NCBI GenBank assembly: GCA_038046785.1
Contig: JBBSVM010000006.1
Span: 101,875 to 165,874 of the forward strand
From: Thermoplasmatota archaeon
GTDB taxonomy: Archaea > Thermoplasmatota > E2 > JACPAO01 > JAHFTW01
Reading direction: 5' to 3'
Length of the DNA stretch: 64,000 bases
The translations under genes and the position numbers were made by a program. The notes under the pieces are model-generated. The model did not search any database and was not told where the DNA came from. It saw nothing but the letters and a program-made list of their open reading frames with translations. This document shows, one piece after another, positions 9,550 through 18,300 of this stretch (positions are counted from its first letter, which is position 1; every line of letters starts with the position of its first letter).

Positions 9550-10416
9550 TCAGGTTCTCCTTGGGTTCCACCGGTTGCGGGTGCCGCGCTGGTGATGGGC
9601 GCGTTCGACATGGTTGCCGGGCCTGGGCTGGAATCGGCTCGGGTGGAAGTAGGCCAGGATGCCGAGGTTGAACCAGCCCTGGTTGGCGGCGCTGGCGGCA
9701 TTGGCGCTGCGACCGCTCCTGCGTTGTCGAAGGACGCGGTGGGCGGTGGGGTAGACGGCGTCGGCATCGTCGTCGCGCACGAAGCTGGCGGTGGCGAGGA
9801 TGCCGCGTCGAAAATGGTCGAAGGGGCGAAAGCGGCCATGATCGGGTGGGACATGGCTGTCCAGGTCGCCGCGGTCGGTCTTGCGCTTGAGGCCGGCAAT
9901 GCGGGTGGCGTTGTTGCGGCGGGCGCGTTCGTCGGGGTTCCAGATCTGGTCAATCGCGGCGCGGGCGGTGCGTGGTGCGTTGCTTTTGGGGAAAAGTTGT
10001 GCGCGCAAGCCTTGGTTGTAGACGTACGCTTCGAGCGCCCAGGGGGAGCGTTTCCAGAGGGCGTACGGGTTGCGGATGGTTCCGGGCGCGCCCGGCTTCT
10101 TGAGGCGGTGATAGACCTGCGGGGGTGTCGCTTGGTTGAGGCGTTGGCGGGTCGGGTCGCGGCGCACGTCGTCGCCGGGTCCGTACGGGGTGCCGTCGCG
10201 CAGCTCGCGGATCTCTTGGCTGCGGGCGGGTCGGCCGACGCGGTGCGTGGCCGTGGGGAATTGGCGACGTGGGTGGACGACGGTGTGTTCGCCGAGCCGT
10301 TCGTTGCCTCGTCCGGGTTCGCGGGCTGCGTCATGGCTCGCCTGGAGGGCGGCCAGCGCGTCGCGGCGGGCTGCGGCGTAGCGCCGCTCCAGAGGCGACG
10401 GCTGGCCGTTGGCCAT
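9550..10416 (-). CDS. highly basic (Arg-rich) protein, 288 aa, unknown function
   Basis: ORF track. Third codon positions are about 85% G/C, as expected for a true frame in this genome. There is Y/W/F/N diversity between the Arg runs. It overlaps the upstream gene by 1 nt. Confidence 0.55.
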   Translation of the reverse strand: MANGQPSPLERRYAAARRDALAALQASHDAAREPGRGNERLGEHTVVHPRRQFPTATHRVGRPARSQEIRELRDGTPYGPGDDVRRDPTRQRLNQATPPQVYHRLKKPGAPGTIRNPYALWKRSPWALEAYVYNQGLRAQLFPKSNAPRTARAAIDQIWNPDERARRNNATRIAGLKRKTDRGDLDSHVPPDHGRFRPFDHFRRGILATASFVRDDDADAVYPTAHRVLRQRRSGRSANAASAANQGWFNLGILAYFHPSRFQPRPGNHVERAHHQRGTRNRWNPRRT

Positions 10417-10925
10417 CAGCGGAACCTCCGGCGGAAACGATTGCCAGTGCGGCGTTCGTAGCTGGACTTGACGCGCTCGACGCGGCCGGGGTTGGCGCGG
10501 TCGAAGTCGCTTGCGTTGCGGCGGCGCTGGTTCTTGCCTTCCGTGTAGCGCTGGATGTTGCTGCGGCGCGCGTTGGCTTGTTCCTGGGTGCGGTAGCGGC
10601 GTTGGGCCGCCGCTTGGACTTCAGGGCTGACGCGAACGTTGGGATCGGGGCCTTTGCGAGCACCGAGCGCCTTGGCCTGGGCGTCGAACTTCTCCGCGAG
10701 GGGCTTGTTGCCGGCGACCCATGCGCCTTTGGCGGCACCCATCTTGAAGGCGCGCTTGTAGGCGAGGTTGAAGCTGGCGGCGAAGCTGCGTGCCTTCCCG
10801 GTCTTGAGGGGTTTGACCTGGATGGTGCGGTAGGGTTTGCCGGAGAGACCTTCGAGGAAGCCGCTGCGGCTTCCTTGGAAGGCGCCGCCTTTTGCTTGTT
10901 TGGGGTTGGGGCTGGGTTGCGTCAT
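10416..10925 (-). CDS. highly basic protein, 169 aa, unknown function
   Basis: ORF track. MTQPSPNPKQAKGGAFQGSRSGFLEGLSGKPYRTIQVKPLK...RRRFR. It is Lys/Arg-rich throughout, suggesting a nucleic-acid-binding protein. Confidence 0.55.
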   Translation of the reverse strand: MTQPSPNPKQAKGGAFQGSRSGFLEGLSGKPYRTIQVKPLKTGKARSFAASFNLAYKRAFKMGAAKGAWVAGNKPLAEKFDAQAKALGARKGPDPNVRVSPEVQAAAQRRYRTQEQANARRSNIQRYTEGKNQRRRNASDFDRANPGRVERVKSSYERRTGNRFRRRFR

Positions 10926-10988
10926 GTCAGTCTGCCTCCTCTTCGTCGAGGAGGATTGTGTAGAGATGGAGGGCGTCGCCGAAGTCGT

Positions 10989-11732
10989 TCATCGGGGCAC
11001 CACCGCTTCGACGTCGATGATGTCGCCTTCGCGCACGATAGCGGGGCCGCCGTTGGGGGCGCGTAGTGCGCGTAGGCGGAGCGTCTCGCGTTCGGGGGCG
11101 GCGTTGCGGTCGTGCAGGGCGAGGTAGGCGTCGTCGGCATCGCGACGCGCGTTCTCGTCCCTGTGGGTGTCCTCTGCGGGCGGGGGAGTTTGCTCGGTGC
11201 GGTGGCGGTTGCGGATGAGGGTCACGAGCAGCGCCGCGCAGAGGATGAGTTGGAGTGCCATGGTGGCGGTGGTGGGGTTGGCGCCAAGTTGGGTTCCTTG
11301 GGCGGCGAGGTCGGCGCGTTCGACGGCGGTGGCGAGGCTGGCTTCGCTTTGGTCGCCGGCTTTCACGATGCGGGACTCGATGCTGGCGAGTTTGCTGGCG
11401 AGGGCGGCAACGCTGGATGCCATGGTGGCGACGTCGGCGGTGAGGTTGGCTTGGTCGGAGCGCAAGGTTGCCAGGGCGGATTCGTCGCTGATGTCGCGCA
11501 ACTCAACCCAGGCGAGACGAGCTGTGCCGTTCTGGACGATGCGCAGGCCGACCGGTTCGCTGTTCGTGGAGCGCAGGATGGCGATGTTGCCGCCGTCAAA
11601 GGCAAGGAGTGTTGCGTTGATGGGGCGGCTGTAGGCGGCGACGGCCTCGCCGGGTTGCAGTTCGGCCATGCCCTGGTAGGTGGCGGCTGAGGCGATGGGA
11701 ACGAGAATGAGGGCGGCGAGGAGGAGACGCAT
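10989..11732 (-). CDS. secreted coiled-coil protein with TM and cytoplasmic tail, 247 aa
   Basis: Internal Met77 of ORF 10989..11960. Signal peptide MRLLLAALILVPIASAATYQG. An Ala/Leu-rich coiled-coil segment, a TM LQLILCAALLVTLI and an acidic C-terminal tail. Confidence 0.6.
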   Translation of the reverse strand: MRLLLAALILVPIASAATYQGMAELQPGEAVAAYSRPINATLLAFDGGNIAILRSTNSEPVGLRIVQNGTARLAWVELRDISDESALATLRSDQANLTADVATMASSVAALASKLASIESRIVKAGDQSEASLATAVERADLAAQGTQLGANPTTATMALQLILCAALLVTLIRNRHRTEQTPPPAEDTHRDENARRDADDAYLALHDRNAAPERETLRLRALRAPNGGPAIVREGDIIDVEAVVPR

Positions 11733-11734
11733 GG

Positions 11735-11980
11735 CTACTCCTCCTTGACCACGAAGTAGCGGCGTTCGCGTCCGACGGTCTCGACGCTCACCACTTTGCG
11801 TTGGAGGAGGCGTCGGCAGTGCCGGTGGATGGTCTGATGGGAGGGTGCGCGGACCTCCGGGCCGTACTCGTTGCGAAGGGCGCGGATGGTGAGGCCGGGG
11901 GGTTTGCGGGGCAGCCGGTGGAGGATGCTGCTTCGGAATCCTGTCATGGACCCAACGCATTGGCCGAGGGGCTTAAGCAA
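11735..11980 (-). CDS. small winged-helix DNA-binding protein (70-81 aa)
   Basis: ORF track. ...LTIRALRNEYGPEVRAPSHQTIHRHCRRLLQRKVVSVE is wHTH-like. It is the first gene of the minus-strand block. Confidence 0.5.
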   Translation of the reverse strand: MLKPLGQCVGSMTGFRSSILHRLPRKPPGLTIRALRNEYGPEVRAPSHQTIHRHCRRLLQRKVVSVETVGRERRYFVVKEE

Positions 11981-12255
11981 GTCCCAAACAGTGGAGTGAA
12001 ACTACTCCGAAAGTAGCACAATGGTTGGCCTTGCGAGGAACGCACCGGCCCCTGCGCTTTCGTTGCGGACGGCAACGATGACTCCGCGTTCCGGCTCCGC
12101 TTCGCTGCGCAAACGGAACGCGGGTCAACGTTGCGCCTGGCGGCGTTCCCGTCCTGCACTTTCGCTATGGGGCCGGTGCTGGGCGCCTTCGGCGCGGCGG
12201 GGCTGCGCCCCCGAGTGGGGGCGAAGGGGCGCAAGCGTTCCTTCAAGGTGAACCC

Positions 12256-12387
12256 ATGAAAAACAAGCAAGCACGAGAAGCATACCTTGCGACCCTTGCC
12301 CACTGCAGCCACTGCGACCGCGCCGGCCTCGACGGCCAACTCGGCAACTGCGTCCACTGCGGACTCCTACCCCAGGTGACTGCATGA
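12256..12387 (+). CDS. zinc-ribbon mini-protein, 43 aa (CxxC...CxxC)
   Basis: Read directly: ATGAAAAACAAGCAAGCACGA... encodes MKNKQAREAYLATLAHCSHCDRAGLDGQLGNCVHCGLLPQVTA. Its TGA overlaps the ATG of the next gene. It is below the ORF-track length cutoff. Confidence 0.45.
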   Translation: MKNKQAREAYLATLAHCSHCDRAGLDGQLGNCVHCGLLPQVTA

Positions 12388-12911
12388 TTGGCAACCTGCG
12401 GCCCGGAAGCGAGGCGCGACGCATCCGAATCATCGATGCACTCCAAGCACGCCCTGGTTCAACCTTCCGCGATCTGGCTCGAACCACTGGATTCGCCGTC
12501 GGCATCCTGGCGCACCACCTCAGCGTCTTGCGGAGACAGCGACGAGTCATTGACGAATCGTTTGGGCAACGACGTGTCATTCGGTTGGCCGCCGAGAGGC
12601 GGACGGCCCCCGAACTCGTGGTGGCGCGAGACTCCCGATTGCGCGCGATGGTGGAGCGAATCGGCGCCGGAACTTGGACTCAAAAGCAGCTCCTCGACCT
12701 GTCGTCCGACCCCCGATCAACGACGCAATGGACGCTCCACCGCCTCCACGCTTTGGGCATCATCACCCAGCAGCGCCAGGGCCGTTACCTGGTCATCCGC
12801 CGCGCGCAAGCCATCCCCCAACCCACGTTCACCAACTTCATCGAGCCGCTGCACGACCTGGTGCTGCGGCATGAGTCTGCGACCCTACACGCCGAGGGAG
12901 TGGTCGCGTGA
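12384..12911 (+). CDS. winged-helix (ArsR-like) transcriptional regulator, 175 aa
   Basis: ORF track. RIRIIDALQARPGSTFRDLARTTGFAVGILAHHLSVLRRQRRV is an HTH. Confidence 0.65.
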   Translation: MIGNLRPGSEARRIRIIDALQARPGSTFRDLARTTGFAVGILAHHLSVLRRQRRVIDESFGQRRVIRLAAERRTAPELVVARDSRLRAMVERIGAGTWTQKQLLDLSSDPRSTTQWTLHRLHALGIITQQRQGRYLVIRRAQAIPQPTFTNFIEPLHDLVLRHESATLHAEGVVA

Positions 12912-13327
12912 GCACTCTCTACACCATGTTCTCCAGCCTCGCGCCAGGTTTGCGGGCAATGGAAGCGGGAACCACGCTCCGTTCAACGAGTCCGCCCTAC
13001 ATGGACCTCGTCGGTGAAGTTCTGGAACGTTCCGCCGATGGCCGGGTTCAACGCGTGAGCCTCGCGCACTACTACGAGCAGAACGGCGACCTGATGGCCG
13101 ATCCAGAGATGGAGTTCCGGGTCGTCCACCCCTCGACTTCAGGTCCGGGGATGCTCGTGCCCCTCCATTACAAGCAGGACGGGCTGGGCATTTTCCGGCC
13201 CACGCACGGTCCCGGCGTGGTGTATCCGAAGCAGCTGAAGGAGCAGGTGAAGTTCACGCGGTTCTGGCTACGGAACTTGAAGAGCCAGGGCCACCGGCTC
13301 AACCGAGGAACCGTGCCCAATTCGTAG
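12908..13327 (+). CDS. hypothetical protein, 139 aa
   Basis: ORF track. ATGA overlap with the upstream regulator. No motif recognised. Confidence 0.55.
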   Translation: MSTLYTMFSSLAPGLRAMEAGTTLRSTSPPYMDLVGEVLERSADGRVQRVSLAHYYEQNGDLMADPEMEFRVVHPSTSGPGMLVPLHYKQDGLGIFRPTHGPGVVYPKQLKEQVKFTRFWLRNLKSQGHRLNRGTVPNS

Positions 13328-13592
13328 GACACTCCTCGATCGGGCACCTGCGCTTTGGCTCCGAGGGCCAGTAGGTGCGCAGTCTGCCAATGAGGTGCGT
13401 GTGGATGAGACCAGCTTTCTCGAGTTTCGTGCCGTGCCAGATGACGTTCGAGGGGGAGAAGGCGAGGCGGCGGCCAAGCGTTGCCGAGTTGCCGCCGGGC
13501 TGCGCGTGGATGGCCTCGAAGACCTTGCGGCGGGTGGCCTGTTCGAGCAGGCTGTCGTCGTGGGGCAGTCGGCGTCCCATGGGGGTTCTCAA
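13299..13592 (-). CDS. ArsR/SmtB-like wHTH regulator, 97 aa
   Basis: ORF track. VFEAIHAQPGGNSATLGRRLAFSPSNVIWHGTKLEKAGLI. It lies downstream of the multicopper oxidase on the same strand. Confidence 0.6.
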   Translation of the reverse strand: MRTPMGRRLPHDDSLLEQATRRKVFEAIHAQPGGNSATLGRRLAFSPSNVIWHGTKLEKAGLIHTHLIGRLRTYWPSEPKRRCPIEECPTNWARFLG

Positions 13593-13619
13593 AGCATCGC
13601 AGTTCCTGATGCCGCTTAC

Positions 13620-15356
13620 CTACAGCGGGTGCGCCTTGCTGGCTCGTCCGTCCGTTCCGAAGCCGAACTGGCCGCATACGCCGTAGGATTTGTCGAGGTT
13701 GTGCAGGGAGAGAATCTCGTCAAACGATGAGAAGTGGTCCACTTTCATCGTCACCGTTAGGTCCGTGAGCGCGGCGGAGCCGGTGGTGCGGACGGTCCAG
13801 TTTCCTTCGGCCGCATCCTGGGCGATGCCGGGTCCGGAGAGTAGGTAGGTGCCTTTGAGGTTGGGCTGCATGGGGTCGCCGGTTCGGCCGAGCATTAGGG
13901 TGGACTGGATGTTGCCGGCGGCGTCGATGACTTCGGTCTTCAGTTCGCTGGCGCGAGCGCCCGTTCCCGACAGGAACGCTTCGACCTCGATGGTGTTCAC
14001 CGAGCAGGGCATGCGGACGGGGAAGGTGAACTCGACTTGGGCGGGAGCAAGTGGCGCTGGGGCGCCGGTGACCGCCGGGGGGACGCCGAGGCTCGCCAGC
14101 TCGGTGTCGCTGTAGTCGCTCGGGATGTAGACTGGTTCTTGGTAGCCGATGCCGCCTGCCAATTCGGCGGGGAACGCATCACCGTGGCCTTCGAAATCGG
14201 CTCCGACGGTGAACTTGGTGTGCATGCCGCCGGGGCTCTGCTGGTCGTTGGCTTCGTGGTTGTTGACGTGGGTGTGGAAGACCCATGCGCCTTGGTTGTG
14301 GCCGATGATGAGGACATCGTAGCGCTCGGAGGGGCTGATGGCGAGCGTGTCCACCCAGTAGGGATCGGCGAGGGGAAGGCCGTCTTTGTGCGTGACGAGC
14401 ATGTCTTGGCCATGGGGGTGCAGGACCTCCTCGGTCTGGCCCGCGTTCAGGATGCGCAAACGCAACCGTTCCCCATCTTGGAGCGTCCAATGGCTCTGTT
14501 TTTGCTGGATGGTGTACGGGAAGGCGTGGCCGTTGAGGAGGAAGACGTCCGGCGTCGTGTCGAGGACCGGGTTGGCGCAGCCTGACGTGCCGGACACCAA
14601 GCAGCCGGGCGGGTGGGCGTGCGGGTTGATGCCAGGGATGGTCTCGACGATGTTGCGGGCCGCCGTCGAGAGCACCATGACGCCCTCTTGATCCACTTCG
14701 GGTTCGCGGCTGGTGTCCTGCGGCTCCACGATGAACATGCCGTACAGCCCCTGCATGACGTGGAACTGGGTGTCGACGTGGCAGTGGTACCAGAGCGTGC
14801 CGGGCTTCTTGGCGATGAAATCGTAGGTGATGCTGGGTGCGCCGCTGCCGCCACCGACGGCTTGTTGCGTGACGCCGGGCACGCCGTCGTCCTCGTTGTC
14901 CACGAATTGGCCGTGCCAGTGAATCGTGTGGGGGTGGAAGTGGGCGTGGGCGAACTCGACGACGATGCGGTCGCCTTGCTTGGCGCGGATGGTGGGGCCC
15001 GGGACGCTGCATGCGCTGCGTTCCCCTTCGCTGAGTTGGGGTGCGTCGGTGGGCAGGGGGTCGAAGTATTCGATGGCGGCCTTCGAGTAGGCATCGTTCT
15101 GGTCGAAGGGTTCAGCGCAGAACGCCCACAGATTCGCGCGCAGACCGGGGCTCGTTGTGCCGTCCCGGTTGCTGACTGGGTAGAGTTCGGTGTTGAAGAG
15201 GTCCACGACTTTCATCTTGAGGCGGATGGTGTTGCCAGTCTCCGGGACGTCGAAGTCGCCCGTGGGGGCGAACGGGTTTGCGCCCATGCATCCGGAGAGG
15301 GGGATGAGGAGGCTGACCAGGGCAATGACGGGAATGCGGGACGTGGCAGCAGGCAT
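13620..15356 (-). CDS. multicopper oxidase lipoprotein, 578 aa, with extra C-terminal domain
   Basis: ORF track. Lipobox LSGC. Copper-site motifs HPHTIHWHG and WYHCHVDTQFHVMQGLYG in the N-terminal domain. HPHGQDMLVTH and FHTHVNNHE in the second domain. Confidence 0.9.
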   Translation of the reverse strand: MPAATSRIPVIALVSLLIPLSGCMGANPFAPTGDFDVPETGNTIRLKMKVVDLFNTELYPVSNRDGTTSPGLRANLWAFCAEPFDQNDAYSKAAIEYFDPLPTDAPQLSEGERSACSVPGPTIRAKQGDRIVVEFAHAHFHPHTIHWHGQFVDNEDDGVPGVTQQAVGGGSGAPSITYDFIAKKPGTLWYHCHVDTQFHVMQGLYGMFIVEPQDTSREPEVDQEGVMVLSTAARNIVETIPGINPHAHPPGCLVSGTSGCANPVLDTTPDVFLLNGHAFPYTIQQKQSHWTLQDGERLRLRILNAGQTEEVLHPHGQDMLVTHKDGLPLADPYWVDTLAISPSERYDVLIIGHNQGAWVFHTHVNNHEANDQQSPGGMHTKFTVGADFEGHGDAFPAELAGGIGYQEPVYIPSDYSDTELASLGVPPAVTGAPAPLAPAQVEFTFPVRMPCSVNTIEVEAFLSGTGARASELKTEVIDAAGNIQSTLMLGRTGDPMQPNLKGTYLLSGPGIAQDAAEGNWTVRTTGSAALTDLTVTMKVDHFSSFDEILSLHNLDKSYGVCGQFGFGTDGRASKAHPL

Positions 15357-15431
15357 CAGGATTCTCTGTGGCCTACCTGTCGCAGGTTTTACGTCCTGTG
15401 CTAAGCCCAGGGCCTCCGCTTCATAACGGGC

Positions 15432-15842
15432 TCAGCGCAGGCCGCGAAGCGATGGGCGCTGGAACCAGGGCGTGGGGACGCGGTGGCGGTGGCGCTGCAC
15501 GCGCTCCTGCAAATAGCGCCACAGTTCGCCGGCGACGATTGGTGGCTCGCTCCACTTGGGCACAAGCTCGTCGAGGAGCAACACCGTCAAGCGTCGGTTG
15601 GCCAGTCGTAACATTCTGCCGGTTGGCAGACGCTCAACGAGCACCAGAGCGTCCCGTTCCATGGCGCGGACATGGTACTCGGCGGCCGTCGTGGAAAGCC
15701 CCGTGGCCTTGACGGCTTCCTGAAATGACCGGCGCGGCTGCTCCAAGAGCACCAAGGTGAGCAGGAGGCACCCGGGTTTGACGAGGAGCGCCCGCCAATT
15801 CGCTTCCCGCTTGTCCTCCAGCGGACCGCGGGTCGGTGCCAA
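15432..15842 (-). CDS. wHTH transcriptional regulator (probable TTG start), about 136 aa
   Basis: 3' part of ORF 15432..16574. Paralog of the 31592..32062 regulator, sharing W.RLQERVQ..R. TTG at 15842-15840 lies 2 nt after the stop of the upstream BNR gene. Confidence 0.5.
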   Translation of the reverse strand: MAPTRGPLEDKREANWRALLVKPGCLLLTLVLLEQPRRSFQEAVKATGLSTTAAEYHVRAMERDALVLVERLPTGRMLRLANRRLTVLLLDELVPKWSEPPIVAGELWRYLQERVQRHRHRVPTPWFQRPSLRGLR

Positions 15843-15844
15843 GC

Positions 15845-16744
15845 CTACGACCCCGATCGAATGACGGCCCAGGATGCCCCGCCATCCGTGCTCTTGGCAA
15901 TTGTGGTGCCGCCGGCCGCGTACACGATGTTGGGGGTCTGAGGGTCCACGCCGATGCTGTACGCAGTCAATCCAACGGGCAACTTGCCGGAGGTTGCGTG
16001 CCAGGTCATCCCGCCATCCATCGACATCTGCATGCCCGGATTGCTGCCCGCGAAGTAGGCGTACGCGATGGAGGGGTTGTTCGCGGCGAAGGTGAGGCTT
16101 GTCGTGGGCAGGCCGACCGCGGAGTAGTTGCTCCAGGTTTCGCCGCGGTCGACACTGCGTTGGATGCCCTTCGCGGTTGCGGCGAGGAGCGTCGTCGGCT
16201 CGCCTGGCACTGTAGCGAAGGCGAACGTGGGGATGGTCAGGCCGGTGGCGGCTGCGAGGGAGAAGTCGGCGCCGTTGGTGCTGCGGTAGAGGCCGCCGCC
16301 CGAGTTGAGGCAATAGATGGTGTTGGGCGCGGAGATCGTCATGGCGTGGCAGTCCACTTTCCCGGGCAACGCAATGGTTGTCCAGGTCTTGGCGCCGTCC
16401 ACGCTCTTGCGGATGCCTTGGTTTCCGCCGGTGGTGGGGTGGCCGCTCGAGTAGGCAACGCCGGCCTCGGTCGGGTGGAGGCTGAATCCCATGTAGTCGG
16501 AGAGGTCGTCGCCGGTGTAGCTCCAACCCGCATCGCCGCTGCCCGTGATGATGCCGCGGTGGGTGGCGACCCAAAGTGTGTCGGAGTCGGCGGGGTCCAC
16601 GGCGACGGAGTGGATGTGGACGAACGTGCTGGCGGGGGATGTTGCCGCTCCGTTGGCGCCGGTCGGGGCACTGCTACAGCCGGCAAGGGCAAGAGCCGCC
16701 AAGAGGCAAGAGACCAGGATTGGGGTGGCTTTGGTCATGGTCAT
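15845..16744 (-). CDS. BNR/Asp-box repeat lipoprotein (Ycf48-like beta-propeller), 299 aa
   Basis: ORF track. Lipobox LALAGCSS. Repeated S.DGG.TW motifs (SVDGAKTW, STDGGASW). Confidence 0.8.
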   Translation of the reverse strand: MTMTKATPILVSCLLAALALAGCSSAPTGANGAATSPASTFVHIHSVAVDPADSDTLWVATHRGIITGSGDAGWSYTGDDLSDYMGFSLHPTEAGVAYSSGHPTTGGNQGIRKSVDGAKTWTTIALPGKVDCHAMTISAPNTIYCLNSGGGLYRSTNGADFSLAAATGLTIPTFAFATVPGEPTTLLAATAKGIQRSVDRGETWSNYSAVGLPTTSLTFAANNPSIAYAYFAGSNPGMQMSMDGGMTWHATSGKLPVGLTAYSIGVDPQTPNIVYAAGGTTIAKSTDGGASWAVIRSGS

Positions 16745-16756
16745 GCCGGGACTGAA

Positions 16757-16903
16757 CTAATGCTTGTGGCCCTTGTGCGAGGCGTGGCTGTGACTGGAGT
16801 GGTCATGGCCGTCGTCGTGCCCGTGTCCGGCGTGCGCGTCTTTGGCCTGGGGTTTGGGGTTCTGTTTCTTGTCTTTTCCAAACAATTTGTCGAGGATGTT
16901 CAT
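16757..16903 (-). CDS. His-rich mini-protein, 48 aa
   Basis: 3' end of ORF 16757..17812. MNILDKLFGKDKKQNPKPQAKDAHAGHGHDDGHDHSSHSHASHKGHKH. It lies 8 nt downstream of the ZIP gene. Confidence 0.5.
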   Translation of the reverse strand: MNILDKLFGKDKKQNPKPQAKDAHAGHGHDDGHDHSSHSHASHKGHKH

Positions 16904-16911
16904 GGGTTCAC

Positions 16912-18300
16912 CTACACGTGGATGCCGAAGAGGGAGGGGATGAAGACGATGAGGAACGCGACGACGTAGCCGACGCCGAAGCCGATGCCGACTGGTGCTC
17001 TCTGTTCCCGCGCCCGCAGTTCGGGCAGCAGTTCGGCCAACGCGATGAAGATGAACGTGGCGGCGGCGAGGGCGATGAGGTGTCCGACGAGTGCTCCTTC
17101 TTCGATGATGGTGAGGCCGAGCAGGCTGCCCACGGGAGTCAATGCGGCCATGACGGCGATGCCAAGCAGGACGCGGCTCCGCTTCCAACCGGCAGCAAGG
17201 AACAGGCTGGCGGCGGCAATGCCGTCGGGGAACTGGTGGATGAGGACGGCGCCTGCTGCTGCCAAGCCGACGGCGTTGTCGAGTTCGAAGGCGGCGGGGA
17301 GAATCAGGCCGTCCACGAAGCGGTGGAAACCCAGGGCGAAGAACGCCAGGATGGCGAGGCCGCCGGCGTGGCTGGCGACCCGTTCGCGGCCGTGCTGGTC
17401 GTGTTCGCTGGCGCCGTGGCCGTGACTGCCGTGGCCGGAGCCGCTGTGGTTGTGTTCGCCGGCGAAGAAGTGGCGCACGAGGAAGAGCACGAGGAGCGCG
17501 AGGACGATGGTGTAGGGTGCTTCCGGGCTCAGTTCGAGGGCTTCGGGGACGAGGTCCAGCATGGCGATGGCCAAGAGGAGGCCGGCGGTGGCGCCGAGGA
17601 GGAAGTGGATGCGGCGCTGCGAGATGGTGCGGCCGGCGAGGACGACGGCGCCTGCGGCCAAGGTGATGGCACCGGCGAGGAGGGCGATGCCGAGGATGGC
17701 GGGAATGCCGGGGCCTTCGCCTGACGCAGGCTCCTCGGGCTCCGGCACGACGCCCTGTGGGTCGCTTTGCGTGATGGTGAAGGAGTGCAGTTTCGAGTCG
17801 AGGTTGCCGCACTGCACGGAGACCGATTGGCCGGCCATCGCGAGGCCCGTGCCGGTCTTGCTGAGTTTGAGCGCAAGCTGGACGTCGCCGGTGGCGTTCT
17901 GGAGGTCGCCAACGTCGAAGACCAATGCGGCCGGCGAGCTCACGGCTGCACCGGAACCATATGCGACGGCGTCGCTCAGGACAACCGCCGCGCCGAGCCG
18001 GAGTTCGCCGGCGAGCGTGAAGCCGGTGCCGGCGTTGGCGCCTTGGGCGAAGGCGACCGAGACCGCAACGGCTTGCGCTGGGAGGCCAACGGTTTGGTTC
18101 GTGAATGTTCCCGCGAACGTCTCGGTGACGCTTGCTGAGGTGGTGGCGCCGATGGTGAGGCAGGCGGAGGCCGCGCCTACCGCAAGGGACAGCGAGCCAT
18201 CACTCTGGAGATAGAGCGGAGCGGTCGCCGATGATGTTTGGGCGGCAGCTCCTGTGGTGGCAAGAAGGAGCGCGGCGAGGAGCAAGGTGACGCGGTTCAT
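16912..18300 (-). CDS. ZIP-family metal transporter with about 190-aa N-terminal ectodomain, 462 aa
   Basis: ORF track. Signal peptide, then an extracellular domain, then ZIP motifs: His-rich loop GEHNHSGSGHGSHGHGASEHDQHG, FHRFVDG and IHQFPDG. ATGA overlap with the upstream CDF gene. Confidence 0.8.
   Translation of the reverse strand: MNRVTLLLAALLLATTGAAAQTSSATAPLYLQSDGSLSLAVGAASACLTIGATTSASVTETFAGTFTNQTVGLPAQAVAVSVAFAQGANAGTGFTLAGELRLGAAVVLSDAVAYGSGAAVSSPAALVFDVGDLQNATGDVQLALKLSKTGTGLAMAGQSVSVQCGNLDSKLHSFTITQSDPQGVVPEPEEPASGEGPGIPAILGIALLAGAITLAAGAVVLAGRTISQRRIHFLLGATAGLLLAIAMLDLVPEALELSPEAPYTIVLALLVLFLVRHFFAGEHNHSGSGHGSHGHGASEHDQHGRERVASHAGGLAILAFFALGFHRFVDGLILPAAFELDNAVGLAAAGAVLIHQFPDGIAAASLFLAAGWKRSRVLLGIAVMAALTPVGSLLGLTIIEEGALVGHLIALAAATFIFIALAELLPELRAREQRAPVGIGFGVGYVVAFLIVFIPSLFGIHV

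Noticed and set aside
15432-16574. 380-aa ORF
   Set aside because: Its 5' two thirds overlap the BNR lipoprotein gene in another frame. Only the 3' 136 codons are kept as an HTH regulator.
16757-17812. 351-aa Arg/Pro-rich minus-strand ORF
   Set aside because: It is an alternative frame of the ZIP gene region. Only the last 48 codons, the His-rich peptide downstream of the ZIP stop, look genuine.
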